Positions 19,428-30,413 of a stretch of DNA of 64,000 bases are shown here, in pieces (within the stretch, counting starts at the first letter, position 1; every line of letters starts with the position of its first letter). The DNA lies in assembly GCA_963835575.1 (NCBI GenBank), contig CAWIGG010000002.1, positions 832,001 through 896,000 of the forward strand, given 5' to 3'. The DNA is from an uncultured Spirochaetota bacterium (GTDB lineage: Bacteria > Spirochaetota > Brevinematia > Brevinematales > JAOACQ01). Under the pieces are notes generated by a model. It made no database searches and was not told the DNA's origin. It worked only from the letters and a program-made list of their open reading frames with translations. The position numbers and the translations under genes were made by a program.

Positions 19428-20972
19428 ATGAAAAGGATAAATTTCTTCTCTATCGTCTTCATTCTAATATTCTTGTTTTTATGCAATGGCCGGCAGATAA
19501 TTGCCGTGGAGAACGCAAAAATAATCAAGGCTTCCGCGCAGAGTATGCCTGAATGGGTGCTGAAAAAGAAAAAATCCGCCGACTTTGTATATTTTGTCGG
19601 TATGAGCACAAAAGCCCCTGATTTAAAACAGGCTAAAAAGGAAGCCGTTGATGACGCCGCTTCGCAATTAGTGGAATATATCGGGTTCAGGGCCACAACA
19701 AGGTTTAAAAGCACTAAAGAAATGACGGATATGGATAATGTTTCCAGTTTCAAAGAGACTGTTCAGCAGACCATTGACGGGAAAGGCACTGCAAACGTTA
19801 ATATTGATCTGGAAGATATTTATTATGAGCAGTATTCGGATAATACTTATTCTGTGTATTGCCTGATAAAATTCCCTCAGGACTGGGTGGAAAAAGAAAG
19901 AAAGCGCCTTCAAAAACTGGTAAACGACCAGAGGCAGCAGTCGCAGACATATCTATCGGAAGCGGATGATTCCCTGAAAACAGGGAACCTTTCCAAATCG
20001 CTGGATCTATCTCTAAACGCTCTTCTGATCAGCGAAAAAGCGGCTGAAAATTCGGATATTTATGATCAATCAAAAAACTCAATTTTAATGTGCTTATCAA
20101 GCCTTTCTTTTGCTTTAGAAGGGGCGCCGAAATACGCCTATATTGAAGGAGGCGGGGACCCCATTCAAATAAAGGCCATGTCTTCCAAAACGTCAGGGGC
20201 CGTGGCCGGGTTAATGATGATCGTTCTGGAAGAAAATACAAACGCCGTCATCAATTCAAAAATCGGGAATACAACTGATGACAAAGGGAAAGTTGTTTAT
20301 AATACAGAAAAGATCGCCGATACTTCCGCAGATAAGCTGGATCTTTTTTCCTCTTTTTCACTGGCAAAATTTGATCAGGTGAAAAAAATCGATGAGGAAT
20401 TTTACAATCAGATAGAAGGCCTTCAGAAATCGCAGGCTTTAAACTTCAGCCTTTCGGTTGTCAGTAAGGATAAAGCCCTCAATACGGCAATTGTGGTTTT
20501 TGACATCATCAGGGAAGGAAAGCAGAAGGCTCATAGCGGATTGTCGCTGAAATTCCAGGAAGCCGTGTCAGGTAAAATGGCGAATTCAGGTTTTAATATC
20601 ATTTCCGCGGAAATTCCGCCCGATGTTATTACTGAAGGGAAAGATGAGGGAAAAATCAAACAGGCGATAATGAAATATTTGAAATCTAATTATCCGGATT
20701 TAAAAAGACTTCTTCTGGGAATACGCCAGATAAATTATCTCGGTGAAATCGGCAAGGATATTGTGTTTAAAGAATATAATATTAATGACAGCGAGTTTAA
20801 AGCCGTGGAAGTGAAATTTATACTTTCATTTATTGATATTGATTCTAATAAAACAGAAAAAGGCGTAACAATAGAAGCGAGAGGCATGGGGCTTAATGAA
20901 GAGCAGGCTGTGGAAATGGCGGCAAAAAAGATTTTAGAGAAAATGAATCAAGAGATAGAAAAATTTAATTAA
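19428..20972 (+). CDS. LPP20-like lipoprotein
   Basis: Lipobox-like LFLC; PEWV...YFVGMS...AKKEAVDDA..QL N-terminal domain. Confidence 0.6.
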   Translation: MKRINFFSIVFILIFLFLCNGRQIIAVENAKIIKASAQSMPEWVLKKKKSADFVYFVGMSTKAPDLKQAKKEAVDDAASQLVEYIGFRATTRFKSTKEMTDMDNVSSFKETVQQTIDGKGTANVNIDLEDIYYEQYSDNTYSVYCLIKFPQDWVEKERKRLQKLVNDQRQQSQTYLSEADDSLKTGNLSKSLDLSLNALLISEKAAENSDIYDQSKNSILMCLSSLSFALEGAPKYAYIEGGGDPIQIKAMSSKTSGAVAGLMMIVLEENTNAVINSKIGNTTDDKGKVVYNTEKIADTSADKLDLFSSFSLAKFDQVKKIDEEFYNQIEGLQKSQALNFSLSVVSKDKALNTAIVVFDIIREGKQKAHSGLSLKFQEAVSGKMANSGFNIISAEIPPDVITEGKDEGKIKQAIMKYLKSNYPDLKRLLLGIRQINYLGEIGKDIVFKEYNINDSEFKAVEVKFILSFIDIDSNKTEKGVTIEARGMGLNEEQAVEMAAKKILEKMNQEIEKFN

Positions 20973-20982
20973 GTATTGAATT

Positions 20983-23900
20983 ATGGTTTATGGTTTAAGA
21001 ATAAAGAAGATTGTAACGCTGGGATTAATAGGATTATTATTTTATTTTATATTGGTGGTCATAGCGCAATTTGTATCTTATCAATATAAAAGCTCGCTTG
21101 AAAAAGAGCTGGCAAAATATTTGAATGTATCGTCAGTGAGCATTGGAAATATCCTGAATTTCCCTTTTGTATCAATAAATTTAAATAATGTTACAATTCT
21201 ATTTGAGAAGAATGGGGTTTGTAAAATTAATAATCTTTCTTTCTACTATAATCCATTAATAATACCATTAAAAGGGCCGGTTTCTTCAATTTATCATATT
21301 TCCCTGGGAAAAGCCTCTATACAATGCGGACTTTCTGACATAAGAGATTATCAAAAAAAGCTGAATTCAAATGTAAATAACATCGTGATGGAAAATGTAT
21401 CGATATCTGGGGATGATATTGTTTCCAGTATTAAAATGATGGGATCCATTCAATCGGATTTTTATCTGAATCAATTTCAATTGAATGTTAAAAATAATAA
21501 TACGGCAATAAAAGCGTTAGTAACGGCTCATACTCATATGGGAAATTCTATAGATTATCTCCAGGCAGTCTTAAAAGTCAATTTGTTTTACCGGCTGGAT
21601 AATAGAGATGGTTCAGGAATGCTTTCTTTTTCACATGTAAATCTTGGCGGTATTAAATTACTTCAGAATGAGGATATCCCTTTTGTTATAAGCAATAAAA
21701 TCATACTTGAACTACCGCAGTCTTATTTATCTAATAAATCATACGAGAAAAATAAGTTCGTTTTTTTTGCGATTGAGAAAGAATTTGAACTAAACTATAC
21801 TCAACTTGAAGAATATTATCTTTTTGAACATCTCTTTAATAAGGGAAATTATATATTTCAATTGTCATTTTTTACAAATCAGAATGAACAGGGAATGAAT
21901 TTAAGTTTAAATTCCAGAACAAGCCCTGATAAACTGATAATTGATGTAAATAAAAAAGATCAAATATGGAAATTAGACTGCAATCTTGAATCATCTAAAT
22001 ATGGTTCCGGGGCGCTGGAGTTTAATTTTAATCAAAAATCTATATTCCCCTCGGGATTTATGAATTTAAGAAATTTCATAATAATACCCGGCTTAAAAGT
22101 CAGCGGAATATTTGATCTACAGCCTGATAGCAACAGGGTTAAAATATTCGGCAGGGAGACAGAGATCAATGGCGGGCCTATTGGAAATGCATTTACCGAG
22201 ATGATAATGGAAACAAATAGGCTTATTTTTGACTCCGGCCGGGAGCGTTATAATGGAGTTATGAAAGGTTTTATAAATGATAATAAATATGAGCTGTTTG
22301 TTGAGGCGTATGATGTGAGCGGCTTGGCTATTGTCAGTAATATAGGTTTTGATTTATTAAATATCAGTAAAGGGAAGTATTATGGAAAAATGCATGTTTA
22401 TAATGATGAGAATGATGATTTACGGCTTAAAGCTGATGCGGATGGATATAATTATAATTTAAAAAAAGGAAATAAAAAATATGCCAGTACGAGCTTAAGT
22501 TTTTATAATAATATTTTGAGTTTCCCGAAAATATTCTTCATAAACGAAGGTGTTAATGTAAATTGTGAATTTATAATTACAAATACAAATAAAAGCGTTG
22601 ATGCCGTTTATTTATCAGGTATGGCTGTTTTTCAAAATAAATACAATCTTCCGATGAAAGGAACTGTGTTTATCAATAGACTGATAAATACAGTTGATTC
22701 AAAGGTTTATCTTGATAATGATATGGCATTGTTTGTCACATTAATAAGCAACCGTTTAAATTTTAACGCCATGGCAAATCAATATTCTTTATCACACATA
22801 GGCCTGGCAGGCAATCTGAATTTTAAATATACCGGCGATTTTATCGGTGGTAAAATCCAATCTTTAAAATTAGATGCTTCATATTATTATAAAAAAAGGG
22901 AAATAAAATTCAGTTTTAAATCAAGTAAACAGGATGGATATTTGAATATTGAAAGGTTCTTGCTGGATACAAAAGATGATAAATTGTTCGGCCAGGGCAG
23001 GTTATGGCAGGATGATGACCGTCTATTCGGCCAGATAGATTTTATCAGGGGCGGCGGATTATCTTTTTCCTGTTCTTCGGAAAATTTAAGCGGAGTATTC
23101 CAATTCAGGAATCTATTTATTAAAGATTTTATCAAGGAAAATCTTGATGTGTTTGTTTCGGCAAAGCTGAATTTATCAGGCGATTTGATGTTTCCGGATA
23201 TTCAAGGTACAATAAAAGCGGTTAATTCGGCAAATTCTGAAAAATTTACACTTGATATTCCCTATCTGAGAATAAGCGATAATCAATGCATTTTTGACGA
23301 AATAGCTTTTCAAATGGCTGATTATAAGGCCAATTTTAATTTATGGTATTCGTTGATGAATTCAGAATATTCTTTAGGGGTTAAAGGAAAATTTATTTTC
23401 TTTGATATTATAAAAACCGATTGTCTGATTAATTATATTTATCAAACCAATCAGCAATATCTTTTTTACGATTTTAATAATTTATCGATTTCGAGCAGAA
23501 TAGTGAGTAATATATCGGGCGAAGTTATTTTAAAGAATAATCAATATACTTTTCTTAATAAAGAAGAAAATGGTGTCCGCGGTTATTTTAATGACGGAGA
23601 AAAGAAAAAAGAGTGGAATATACAATTAATGAATAAAAGTTTTCAGGGCGCGTTTTCAGGCAGTTTAAAAAATAATTTTATTGATGCGGAATTTAATTTA
23701 AAAGCGCCGATGGATGTGTTTTCATTTTCTGATCTAATAAAAGATATTAAAGGCGACGGTAAGATAGATCTAAAAATGAAAGGAAATATAAATGCCCCTG
23801 TGATAGATGGGGTCATTCAATTTTACCAGTTGAATTTGAACCTCAATAATATAAACACTAAAATAAAAGGTCTGAATGCATACCTGCCTATTGTGACAAA

Positions 23901-25089
23901 TAAAATCATACTGGATCATTATATTATGACAACGAGCACAGGCAATTATCTTTTAAATGGCACAATAGATTTTAAAAATATTTTATATCCAAAGCTTAAT
24001 ATTCAGATTATTCCGGGTGATAAAAACGCAGCCGCTCTCAGTTTAAATATTAATAATCCAAACTTTAAAATTGCGGGTAATTTAATTATAAAAGAATTAA
24101 AACTGGAAGGAGAAATAACCTCATTGGAAGTGGCCGGGGATCTTATGACAGAAAACAGCCTGATATATGTCAGTTCATTTTCTTTTAATACTAATAAAAA
24201 TAACGATTCGGGTATTTTAAATAATATTAAATGGAAACTCCCGATCCGGCTGGGTAATGGTGTAAAATTTTCAAATGAATTAATCGATGTTTTTCTTAAA
24301 AAAGATGATATAGTAACTTTAATGGGCTCATTTAACAACAATTCATTCTCCATTAAAGGTAATGTGGGGGTTGATAGAGGGTCTTTAATTTATTTTGGAA
24401 AAGATTTTTCAATTACAGAAGGGAATGCGGTTTTTGCAGGTGTTGCTGGAGATATTATTCCATATGTCCAGCTGGATTCATCTTTTAAATATAAAGATGA
24501 TACGGGAGAAAATGTAGAAGTGTTCCTCACATTTACAGGAAAAGCGGACAATATCACGCTGAAATCATTTCAATCTGTTCCTTCAAAAACCATCAGTGAA
24601 TTGTCATCAGTTATCGGTCTGAATTCTCAAAATTCTGCTTCTGATATAAGCAACAAAACTGCAGTAAATGAAGGATTTATACCCAGCGGTCTGGTTAATG
24701 TGGCGGAAAACGCCTTTATTTTTAATCCCTTAACTATTGATATAAAAAGAAGACTGGGTTTGGATTTATTTACAATAAGAAGCGGCGTTATCAGCGGCTG
24801 GGCAAGAAGAAATATTCTGGGAGAAACAAATATTAATGCTGTTGATATGTTTGAGGGCTCGACACTTAGTCTGGGAAAATATATAATTCCCAATGTTTTT
24901 TTCCAATACGATCTGCTTATTTCAAGGAATCCTCTTTCATATGATGAAATTATTCCGCTTCATACCTTCGGCCTGGATTTTGATATGAGGCTTTTTGATC
25001 TTGGCTGGAAGATTCAGCCTTTTACTGAAATCGGGAAGCAGGTAAAATATGAGCAAAAATTTGAATTTAATTTTAATCGAAGATTTTAA
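20983..25089 (+). CDS. tamB: Translocation/assembly module TamB (DUF490) protein
   Basis: 1368 aa, N-terminal TM anchor, beta-rich repeats, C-terminal LGLDLF...LSLGKYI...Y; immediately upstream of bamA. Confidence 0.78.
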   Translation: MVYGLRIKKIVTLGLIGLLFYFILVVIAQFVSYQYKSSLEKELAKYLNVSSVSIGNILNFPFVSINLNNVTILFEKNGVCKINNLSFYYNPLIIPLKGPVSSIYHISLGKASIQCGLSDIRDYQKKLNSNVNNIVMENVSISGDDIVSSIKMMGSIQSDFYLNQFQLNVKNNNTAIKALVTAHTHMGNSIDYLQAVLKVNLFYRLDNRDGSGMLSFSHVNLGGIKLLQNEDIPFVISNKIILELPQSYLSNKSYEKNKFVFFAIEKEFELNYTQLEEYYLFEHLFNKGNYIFQLSFFTNQNEQGMNLSLNSRTSPDKLIIDVNKKDQIWKLDCNLESSKYGSGALEFNFNQKSIFPSGFMNLRNFIIIPGLKVSGIFDLQPDSNRVKIFGRETEINGGPIGNAFTEMIMETNRLIFDSGRERYNGVMKGFINDNKYELFVEAYDVSGLAIVSNIGFDLLNISKGKYYGKMHVYNDENDDLRLKADADGYNYNLKKGNKKYASTSLSFYNNILSFPKIFFINEGVNVNCEFIITNTNKSVDAVYLSGMAVFQNKYNLPMKGTVFINRLINTVDSKVYLDNDMALFVTLISNRLNFNAMANQYSLSHIGLAGNLNFKYTGDFIGGKIQSLKLDASYYYKKREIKFSFKSSKQDGYLNIERFLLDTKDDKLFGQGRLWQDDDRLFGQIDFIRGGGLSFSCSSENLSGVFQFRNLFIKDFIKENLDVFVSAKLNLSGDLMFPDIQGTIKAVNSANSEKFTLDIPYLRISDNQCIFDEIAFQMADYKANFNLWYSLMNSEYSLGVKGKFIFFDIIKTDCLINYIYQTNQQYLFYDFNNLSISSRIVSNISGEVILKNNQYTFLNKEENGVRGYFNDGEKKKEWNIQLMNKSFQGAFSGSLKNNFIDAEFNLKAPMDVFSFSDLIKDIKGDGKIDLKMKGNINAPVIDGVIQFYQLNLNLNNINTKIKGLNAYLPIVTNKIILDHYIMTTSTGNYLLNGTIDFKNILYPKLNIQIIPGDKNAAALSLNINNPNFKIAGNLIIKELKLEGEITSLEVAGDLMTENSLIYVSSFSFNTNKNNDSGILNNIKWKLPIRLGNGVKFSNELIDVFLKKDDIVTLMGSFNNNSFSIKGNVGVDRGSLIYFGKDFSITEGNAVFAGVAGDIIPYVQLDSSFKYKDDTGENVEVFLTFTGKADNITLKSFQSVPSKTISELSSVIGLNSQNSASDISNKTAVNEGFIPSGLVNVAENAFIFNPLTIDIKRRLGLDLFTIRSGVISGWARRNILGETNINAVDMFEGSTLSLGKYIIPNVFFQYDLLISRNPLSYDEIIPLHTFGLDFDMRLFDLGWKIQPFTEIGKQVKYEQKFEFNFNRRF

Positions 25090-25094
25090 ATATT

Positions 25095-25123
25095 TTGACA
25101 TAATACTACATTTGTAGTATAAT
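25095..25123 (+). promoter_or_regulatory. Consensus sigma70 promoter of bamA with an overlapping ATACTACA-TT-TGTAGTAT palindrome
   Basis: TTGACA (25095-25100), 17 bp spacer, TATAAT (25118-25123); 8-2-8 palindrome at 25103-25120. Confidence 0.85.
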
Positions 25124-25162
25124 GTTCGGGTTATTAATATATAATTGTCTAAAGGAGTAATT

Positions 25163-27608
25163 ATGTTTCGCAGGTTTTTATGCATATTTGCAGTATTATT
25201 TATTGCAATCCAGTTCTCTTACAGCCAGGATGTAAATTATAAAGATAAAAAGATACAGGAAATTAAGTTTGACGGCTTGATTAATGCAAGACCGGAGGAA
25301 CTTAAACAAATTATCGATATCAAGGAAGGCGATAATTATAATTCGGAAATGATCAACAAAGCATTAAAAAAATTATTTTTTCTGGATATGTTTAAAAATG
25401 CCAAAGCGGATATAATAGAAGGAACTAACGGGCTTATCATTAATTTTATTGTAGAAGAAAATTATTATATTAGATTTGTAAAGTTTGAAGGAAATGATGA
25501 AGTTTCATCTGATGATTTATTAAAAGTTATCAGTTTTACTCAGAATTCATTTTTTACTGATAATAAATTAAATAATTCTCTTATTGCAATTCAAAATAAA
25601 TACATTAGTGAAGGATTTATCGATGTTATTGTCACTAAAAAATTTGTACTGGTTGATGTAAAAAAACAGACTTTTGATCTTGTATTCAATATCAGTCCTA
25701 AAAAGAAAATAGTTGTTGAGAAGATTAATATAACCGGATGTACAAATGTAAAAGCTGATGAGATAAAAGGCATTATGAAAACCAAAGAAAGATTTTTTAT
25801 CTTTGTAAGCGGGGTCTTAAAAGAAGAAGACTTTAATAAAGATAAGCAGAATGTTATTGACCTTTATCAGCATAAAGGTTATATTGACGTCAATATAAAT
25901 AAATTCGAGTGGAAAATAGAACAGCTGGAACAGGATAAACATAAAGCGATTGTTGTTTATATTGATTTAACAGAAGGCGAAGTATATAAAACTGGGAAAA
26001 TATCTATTACCGGCAACACGCTTTTCCAGACAAAGGAATTACAGGCCTTAGTTGATTTGAAACAGGGTGATGTTTACGATAAAGTTAAGATGGATAAGAC
26101 CAGGATGGATATTTATAATAAATATAGCGACAATGGTCACTTATACGCGAACGTATCTCTTGTGATGAATAAGGAGATAACAAATAAAATTATTGATTCT
26201 GAGCTGATTGTTTCTGAAGGTCCGAGAGCGCATATTGAAAGTATTTCTATATCCGGGAACACAAAAACACTCACTTCAGTAATAAAAAGGGAATTTTATT
26301 TTGAGGAAGGAGAACTCTATATACAACGTAAATTGAGAATGACATATGAAACGCTCATGCAGCTTCAATATTTTTCTGATATAAGGTTTGTGCCTCTGCC
26401 GGGAAGCGATGAGGGTTTAATTGATCTGGATGTTACCGTTGAAGAAGCGAGAACAGGCCTTATAACATTCGGCTTGGGTTATGGAACAGAAAGCGGTTTT
26501 AATGTATCAGCGCAGATTTCTGAAAGAAATCTGTTCGGGACCGGGAGAATTCTTTCAGTTAAAGGGAATTGGGGACAAAAAGCTCTGGGCTTTGAAATAA
26601 GTTTTGAAGAACCATGGCTTTTTGATGAGCCTCTCTATGCCGGAATTTCTATAGGATATTCAAGATATTTAATAGAAAATATCCCCGCTGATTTCGCAAG
26701 GGAACGGTACAATAGATGGAACAAATATTAATTATATAGAAGACCCAACAAATATGATGAGTCTTTATGCATCATCTAATGCTTATACAAGGGAAACATT
26801 TTCATTAGGCGGCAGTCTTAGAAGAAGACTCCCTGATTATTGGTCTGTTACTTTCGGATTGGGTACATCTATTTACCGCGATGTTGATCCAAATTTTAGA
26901 AATCCATTGGTCTATACCGACCATTGGGTGACAAACCAGACATTAATCGATTCATTTAATAAAGGCTGGCAATTTAAAAATTCAATATCCCTTGGCTTTA
27001 CAAGAAATTCTACTGATCATCCTCTGAGACCTCTCTATGGCAGTATAATTGACATCGGATCTATGTATGTTGGAGGAATTCTGGGAGGAGACGCTAATTT
27101 TATAAAATCACATCTATCTTATAGCGTTTATTGGAACCCTATATGGAAAATAGTATTGGCTCTGCATGCCTCATCAGAGTTTCTTACTCCGCAATTAAAC
27201 GCTGAATTCAAAGCGGATCCGCGTTTTGTTTATGACTATTCCGATATGTGCTACTTTGACGGCATTTATGAAATGCGCGGATGGATGAACGCATATGGAA
27301 GAGGCGAAAGCAAAATATTTTACAGCGCCGAATTGAGATCTCAAATATTTGATGAAATTTGGGGCGTTTTATTTTTTGATATGGGAAGTCTTTATCTTAA
27401 CTATAACTCATTTGCGCCTTTTACTCCTGACGGATATAAATTCAGTTTTGGAATTGGAATACAGTTAAATATACCGATGCTGCCGATCCGCGTTTATCTG
27501 GCAAGGCTTGGCCAATATAATCCTGATCTTAACAGATTTGAACTTGTCGGGACACAGGATTTGTTTAACGGAATTACTCCTGTGTTGAGCATTCAGGGCC
27601 TGTTTTAA
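25163..27608 (+). CDS. bamA: Outer membrane protein assembly factor BamA, split by a +1 frameshift near 26696
   Basis: POTRA domains (I.F.GN, Y...GY.D, GNTKT..VIKRE), barrel start TGLITFGLGYGT, MRGW motif; removing one base near 26696 joins both ORFs into about 814 aa. Confidence 0.9.
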
Positions 27609-27623
27609 TACAAGGAGGAAAGT

Positions 27624-28154
27624 ATGATAAAAAAAATTTTGATATCCCTGATAAGTATTTTTATATTATTTTCCGTTAATTATGGTTTAAGGCAGGTAAA
27701 GCTCGGCTATGTAGATGTCGAGGATGTTTTTAATTCTTATCCGGGAATAGAAGATATTAAGAAAAAATTATTAGATGAAAGAAAAACCTATCAGATTGAG
27801 ATTGATAAAAGGAAAGAGGAAATCGCTCTTCTGGAAAAGGGATATCAAAATAATGACCGTCTTTCTGATGAGGAAAGACAGAGGCGTGATGCTGAAATTG
27901 AATACAAAAAAGAACTGCTGAATGATTTCATTATTGATTCAAATAATAAATTGACGGCTTTTAAAGAAGAAATGACTAAACCCATTTATTTAAAAATAGC
28001 CACAGTAATACAAAAAGTCAGCGCTGAAAAAGGTTTCAGTTTTGTATTCAGAAAAGGAAACGATATCCTGCTTTTTGTCGATAGAGAGTTCGATATTACA
28101 GGCGAAGTTAAACTCAGATTAAAAAAGGAATTAACTCTGGATGAACGGAATTGA
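27624..28154 (+). CDS. skp: OmpH/Skp periplasmic chaperone
   Basis: KLGYVDVEDVF...KVSAEKGFSFVF...DITGEV; downstream of bamA. Confidence 0.88.
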   Translation: MIKKILISLISIFILFSVNYGLRQVKLGYVDVEDVFNSYPGIEDIKKKLLDERKTYQIEIDKRKEEIALLEKGYQNNDRLSDEERQRRDAEIEYKKELLNDFIIDSNNKLTAFKEEMTKPIYLKIATVIQKVSAEKGFSFVFRKGNDILLFVDREFDITGEVKLRLKKELTLDERN

Positions 28155-28170
28155 TGATTAAGAGGCGCTC

Positions 28171-28647
28171 ATGAAGGCTTTAGTTATTTACTATTCCTGG
28201 AAAAACCATACCAGGGCTGTTGCCGAAGTATTAAAAGAGATCGGCGGTTTTGAACTGCGCCGGATTGAAGAAGTTATTATAAGAAGAGGCGTTTTCAGTC
28301 ATATCATTTCAGCAATTCAGGCGATAGCAGATTTCAGCAGTGATTTAAGGCCGTATAATCAGGGTCTGGAAGGCTTTGATAAAGTATTTATCGGAACTCC
28401 TGTATGGGCAGGGAATCCCGCCCCTGCGATAAATACATTTATCAAGGAAACGGATTTAAAAAATATAAAATTTGTTATATTCTGTACTTACCTGTTGTCT
28501 AAACCAATTAGAGCTGTTAATAAATTAGAGAATAATATAAAGGAAAAGGGCGGAAAAATAGAAGGATCGTTTTTTATTAAAGTTAATAAAAAGGACAAAA
28601 ATTTATTAAAAGAAAAGGTTGGTGAATCAATTAAAAAGTATATTTAG
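28171..28647 (+). CDS. Flavodoxin-like protein
   Basis: LVIYYSWKNHT, IGTPVWAGNPAPAINTF, FCT. Confidence 0.85.
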   Translation: MKALVIYYSWKNHTRAVAEVLKEIGGFELRRIEEVIIRRGVFSHIISAIQAIADFSSDLRPYNQGLEGFDKVFIGTPVWAGNPAPAINTFIKETDLKNIKFVIFCTYLLSKPIRAVNKLENNIKEKGGKIEGSFFIKVNKKDKNLLKEKVGESIKKYI

Positions 28648-28668
28648 GAAAGAATAGAGGAGGCGGAT

Positions 28669-28989
28669 ATGAATAAAGGTAAATTATTTAAATTATTAAT
28701 TCTCATTCTTCTGCTCGTTTTATTAGTAATTCTTGTTATTCAAAATTTAACTCCGGTACCGGTTAAATTCCTACTCATCAATATAGAAGGCGTTCCGGTT
28801 ATATCCCTGATACTGTTAAGCCTGTTGATAGGTTATATTTTTGGGTTATTGACATATAATTTATTATTTAGGGGTAAGAAATCTAAAGCGGAGGAAAAAA
28901 CGAAAGCATCTGCTGAAAATAAAAAAATTGAAATTCCTTCGGATAAAATATTAGAAACTAAAAACAAGAAAAAACCAAATAAAAAATGA
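28669..28989 (+). CDS. LapA/DUF1049-family small membrane protein
   Basis: TM-QNLTPVPVKFL-TM followed by a basic tail. Confidence 0.75.
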   Translation: MNKGKLFKLLILILLLVLLVILVIQNLTPVPVKFLLINIEGVPVISLILLSLLIGYIFGLLTYNLLFRGKKSKAEEKTKASAENKKIEIPSDKILETKNKKKPNKK

Positions 28990-30341
28990 AAAAAGTTTTA
29001 TTTCTCTGCGCTAATTGCGGGTATCAGTCTTCAAAATGGCTCGGGAAATGTCCCGAATGCGATTCCTGGAATACTTTTATTGAAGAGGAAATCGATACAA
29101 CCCGATCAAAAAAAAGTACAGGTGATGATTTTAGTGAAAGCAAAAAAACACCGGTTGTTTTACTTTCAGACATTAAGAAAGATGAAAAAGAAAGATCCTA
29201 TTCGGGCATTACCGAGTTTGACAGGGTTGTCGGCGGGATTGTACCGGGGCAGACCATACTTTTATCGGGAGAACCCGGTATTGGAAAATCAACGCTTATC
29301 ATAGAAGCGGCCGGCCAGCTGGCGAAGCAGAATAAAGTCTATTACATTAACGGCGAAGAATCCAATTCGCAGATAAAGCTCCGCGCCGCGCGTCTTGAGA
29401 TTGAGTCGGAAAACCTGTTCTTATACTCGGAAAATAATATCCATTCCATTGTCAATAAATTAAAAAAGGACAAGCCTTCCTTTGTTTTTGTTGATTCCAT
29501 TCAGACAGTATTTTCACCGGATTATGACTCGCTGCCCGGGAGCATTGTTCAGATGAGGGAAACGGCCTATCAGCTGGTGACTTTATGTAAAGAGATCAAT
29601 ATATCTCTGGTTATAGTTGGCCATGTGACAAAGTCCGGGAGCATTGCAGGCCCGAAGGTGATAGAGCATATTGTGGACACCGTATTATTCCTGGAAATGG
29701 ACAACAGAGGTTATTACCGGATACTCCGGAGTATGAAAAACCGCTTTTTTTCCACAGAAGAGCTTGGCTTTTTTACCATGGAAGAAAACGGCCTTAAAAG
29801 CATAGAAAATGTAACGGAAGCCTTTCTCTACGAGCATAATACTTCTGTCAGCGGTATTTCTTTTTTTCCTCTGGCGGAAGGGAACAGGGTCATTCCGGTT
29901 GAGATTCAGGCGCTTACGGCGCCGTCCCAGTTTAATTACCCGAAAAGAACTTCTGACGGTATGGACGTAAACAGGCTTTTTATGCTGATCGCGATTATGG
30001 AAAAAAATTTGAAAATCAATCTATCCCATTTCGATATTTATCTTAATATAACTAACGGGCTCAAGATCCAGGACCCGGGCCTGGACCTGGCGGTCATCAG
30101 CGCCATCTATTCGTCTTATAAAGACCTGCCTTCTTCGCTGGATATCATGCTCTGCGGCGAGGTCGGTCTGACCGGAGAGGTCAGGCCTGTCATGAAAATA
30201 GAAAAGAGAATTACGGAAAGCACAAGAACAGGATTTAAAAAAATTATAATTCCTTATCAGGCCAATAAATTAAAAAAATCAGAAGTGTTTTCCATCATGC
30301 CGGTTAAAAATATCAATGAATGCATTTCTCTTCTGTTTTAG
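28986..30341 (+). CDS. radA: DNA repair protein RadA/Sms
   Basis: Zn finger CANC...CPEC, Walker A GEPGIGKST, KNRF motif, GEVGLTGEVR. Confidence 0.97.
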   Translation: MKKVLFLCANCGYQSSKWLGKCPECDSWNTFIEEEIDTTRSKKSTGDDFSESKKTPVVLLSDIKKDEKERSYSGITEFDRVVGGIVPGQTILLSGEPGIGKSTLIIEAAGQLAKQNKVYYINGEESNSQIKLRAARLEIESENLFLYSENNIHSIVNKLKKDKPSFVFVDSIQTVFSPDYDSLPGSIVQMRETAYQLVTLCKEINISLVIVGHVTKSGSIAGPKVIEHIVDTVLFLEMDNRGYYRILRSMKNRFFSTEELGFFTMEENGLKSIENVTEAFLYEHNTSVSGISFFPLAEGNRVIPVEIQALTAPSQFNYPKRTSDGMDVNRLFMLIAIMEKNLKINLSHFDIYLNITNGLKIQDPGLDLAVISAIYSSYKDLPSSLDIMLCGEVGLTGEVRPVMKIEKRITESTRTGFKKIIIPYQANKLKKSEVFSIMPVKNINECISLLF

Positions 30342-30353
30342 AATCATACATAA

Positions 30354-30413
30354 GGACAGTTCCAAAACTTGTGGTGAGTTTATCGAACCAACTTAAGGTT
30401 TTTAGAGCTGTCC
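30354..30413. mobile_element. 60-bp MITE inserted in the last codons of the SDR gene
   Basis: TIRs GGACAGTTCCAAAAC and GGACAGCTCTAAAAAC; ATAA duplicated at 30350-30353 and 30414-30417. Confidence 0.85.

Noticed and set aside
20983..28989. AT-rich tamB-bamA-skp block as a horizontally acquired island
   Set aside because: These are core envelope genes in their usual order with no mobility signatures at the borders
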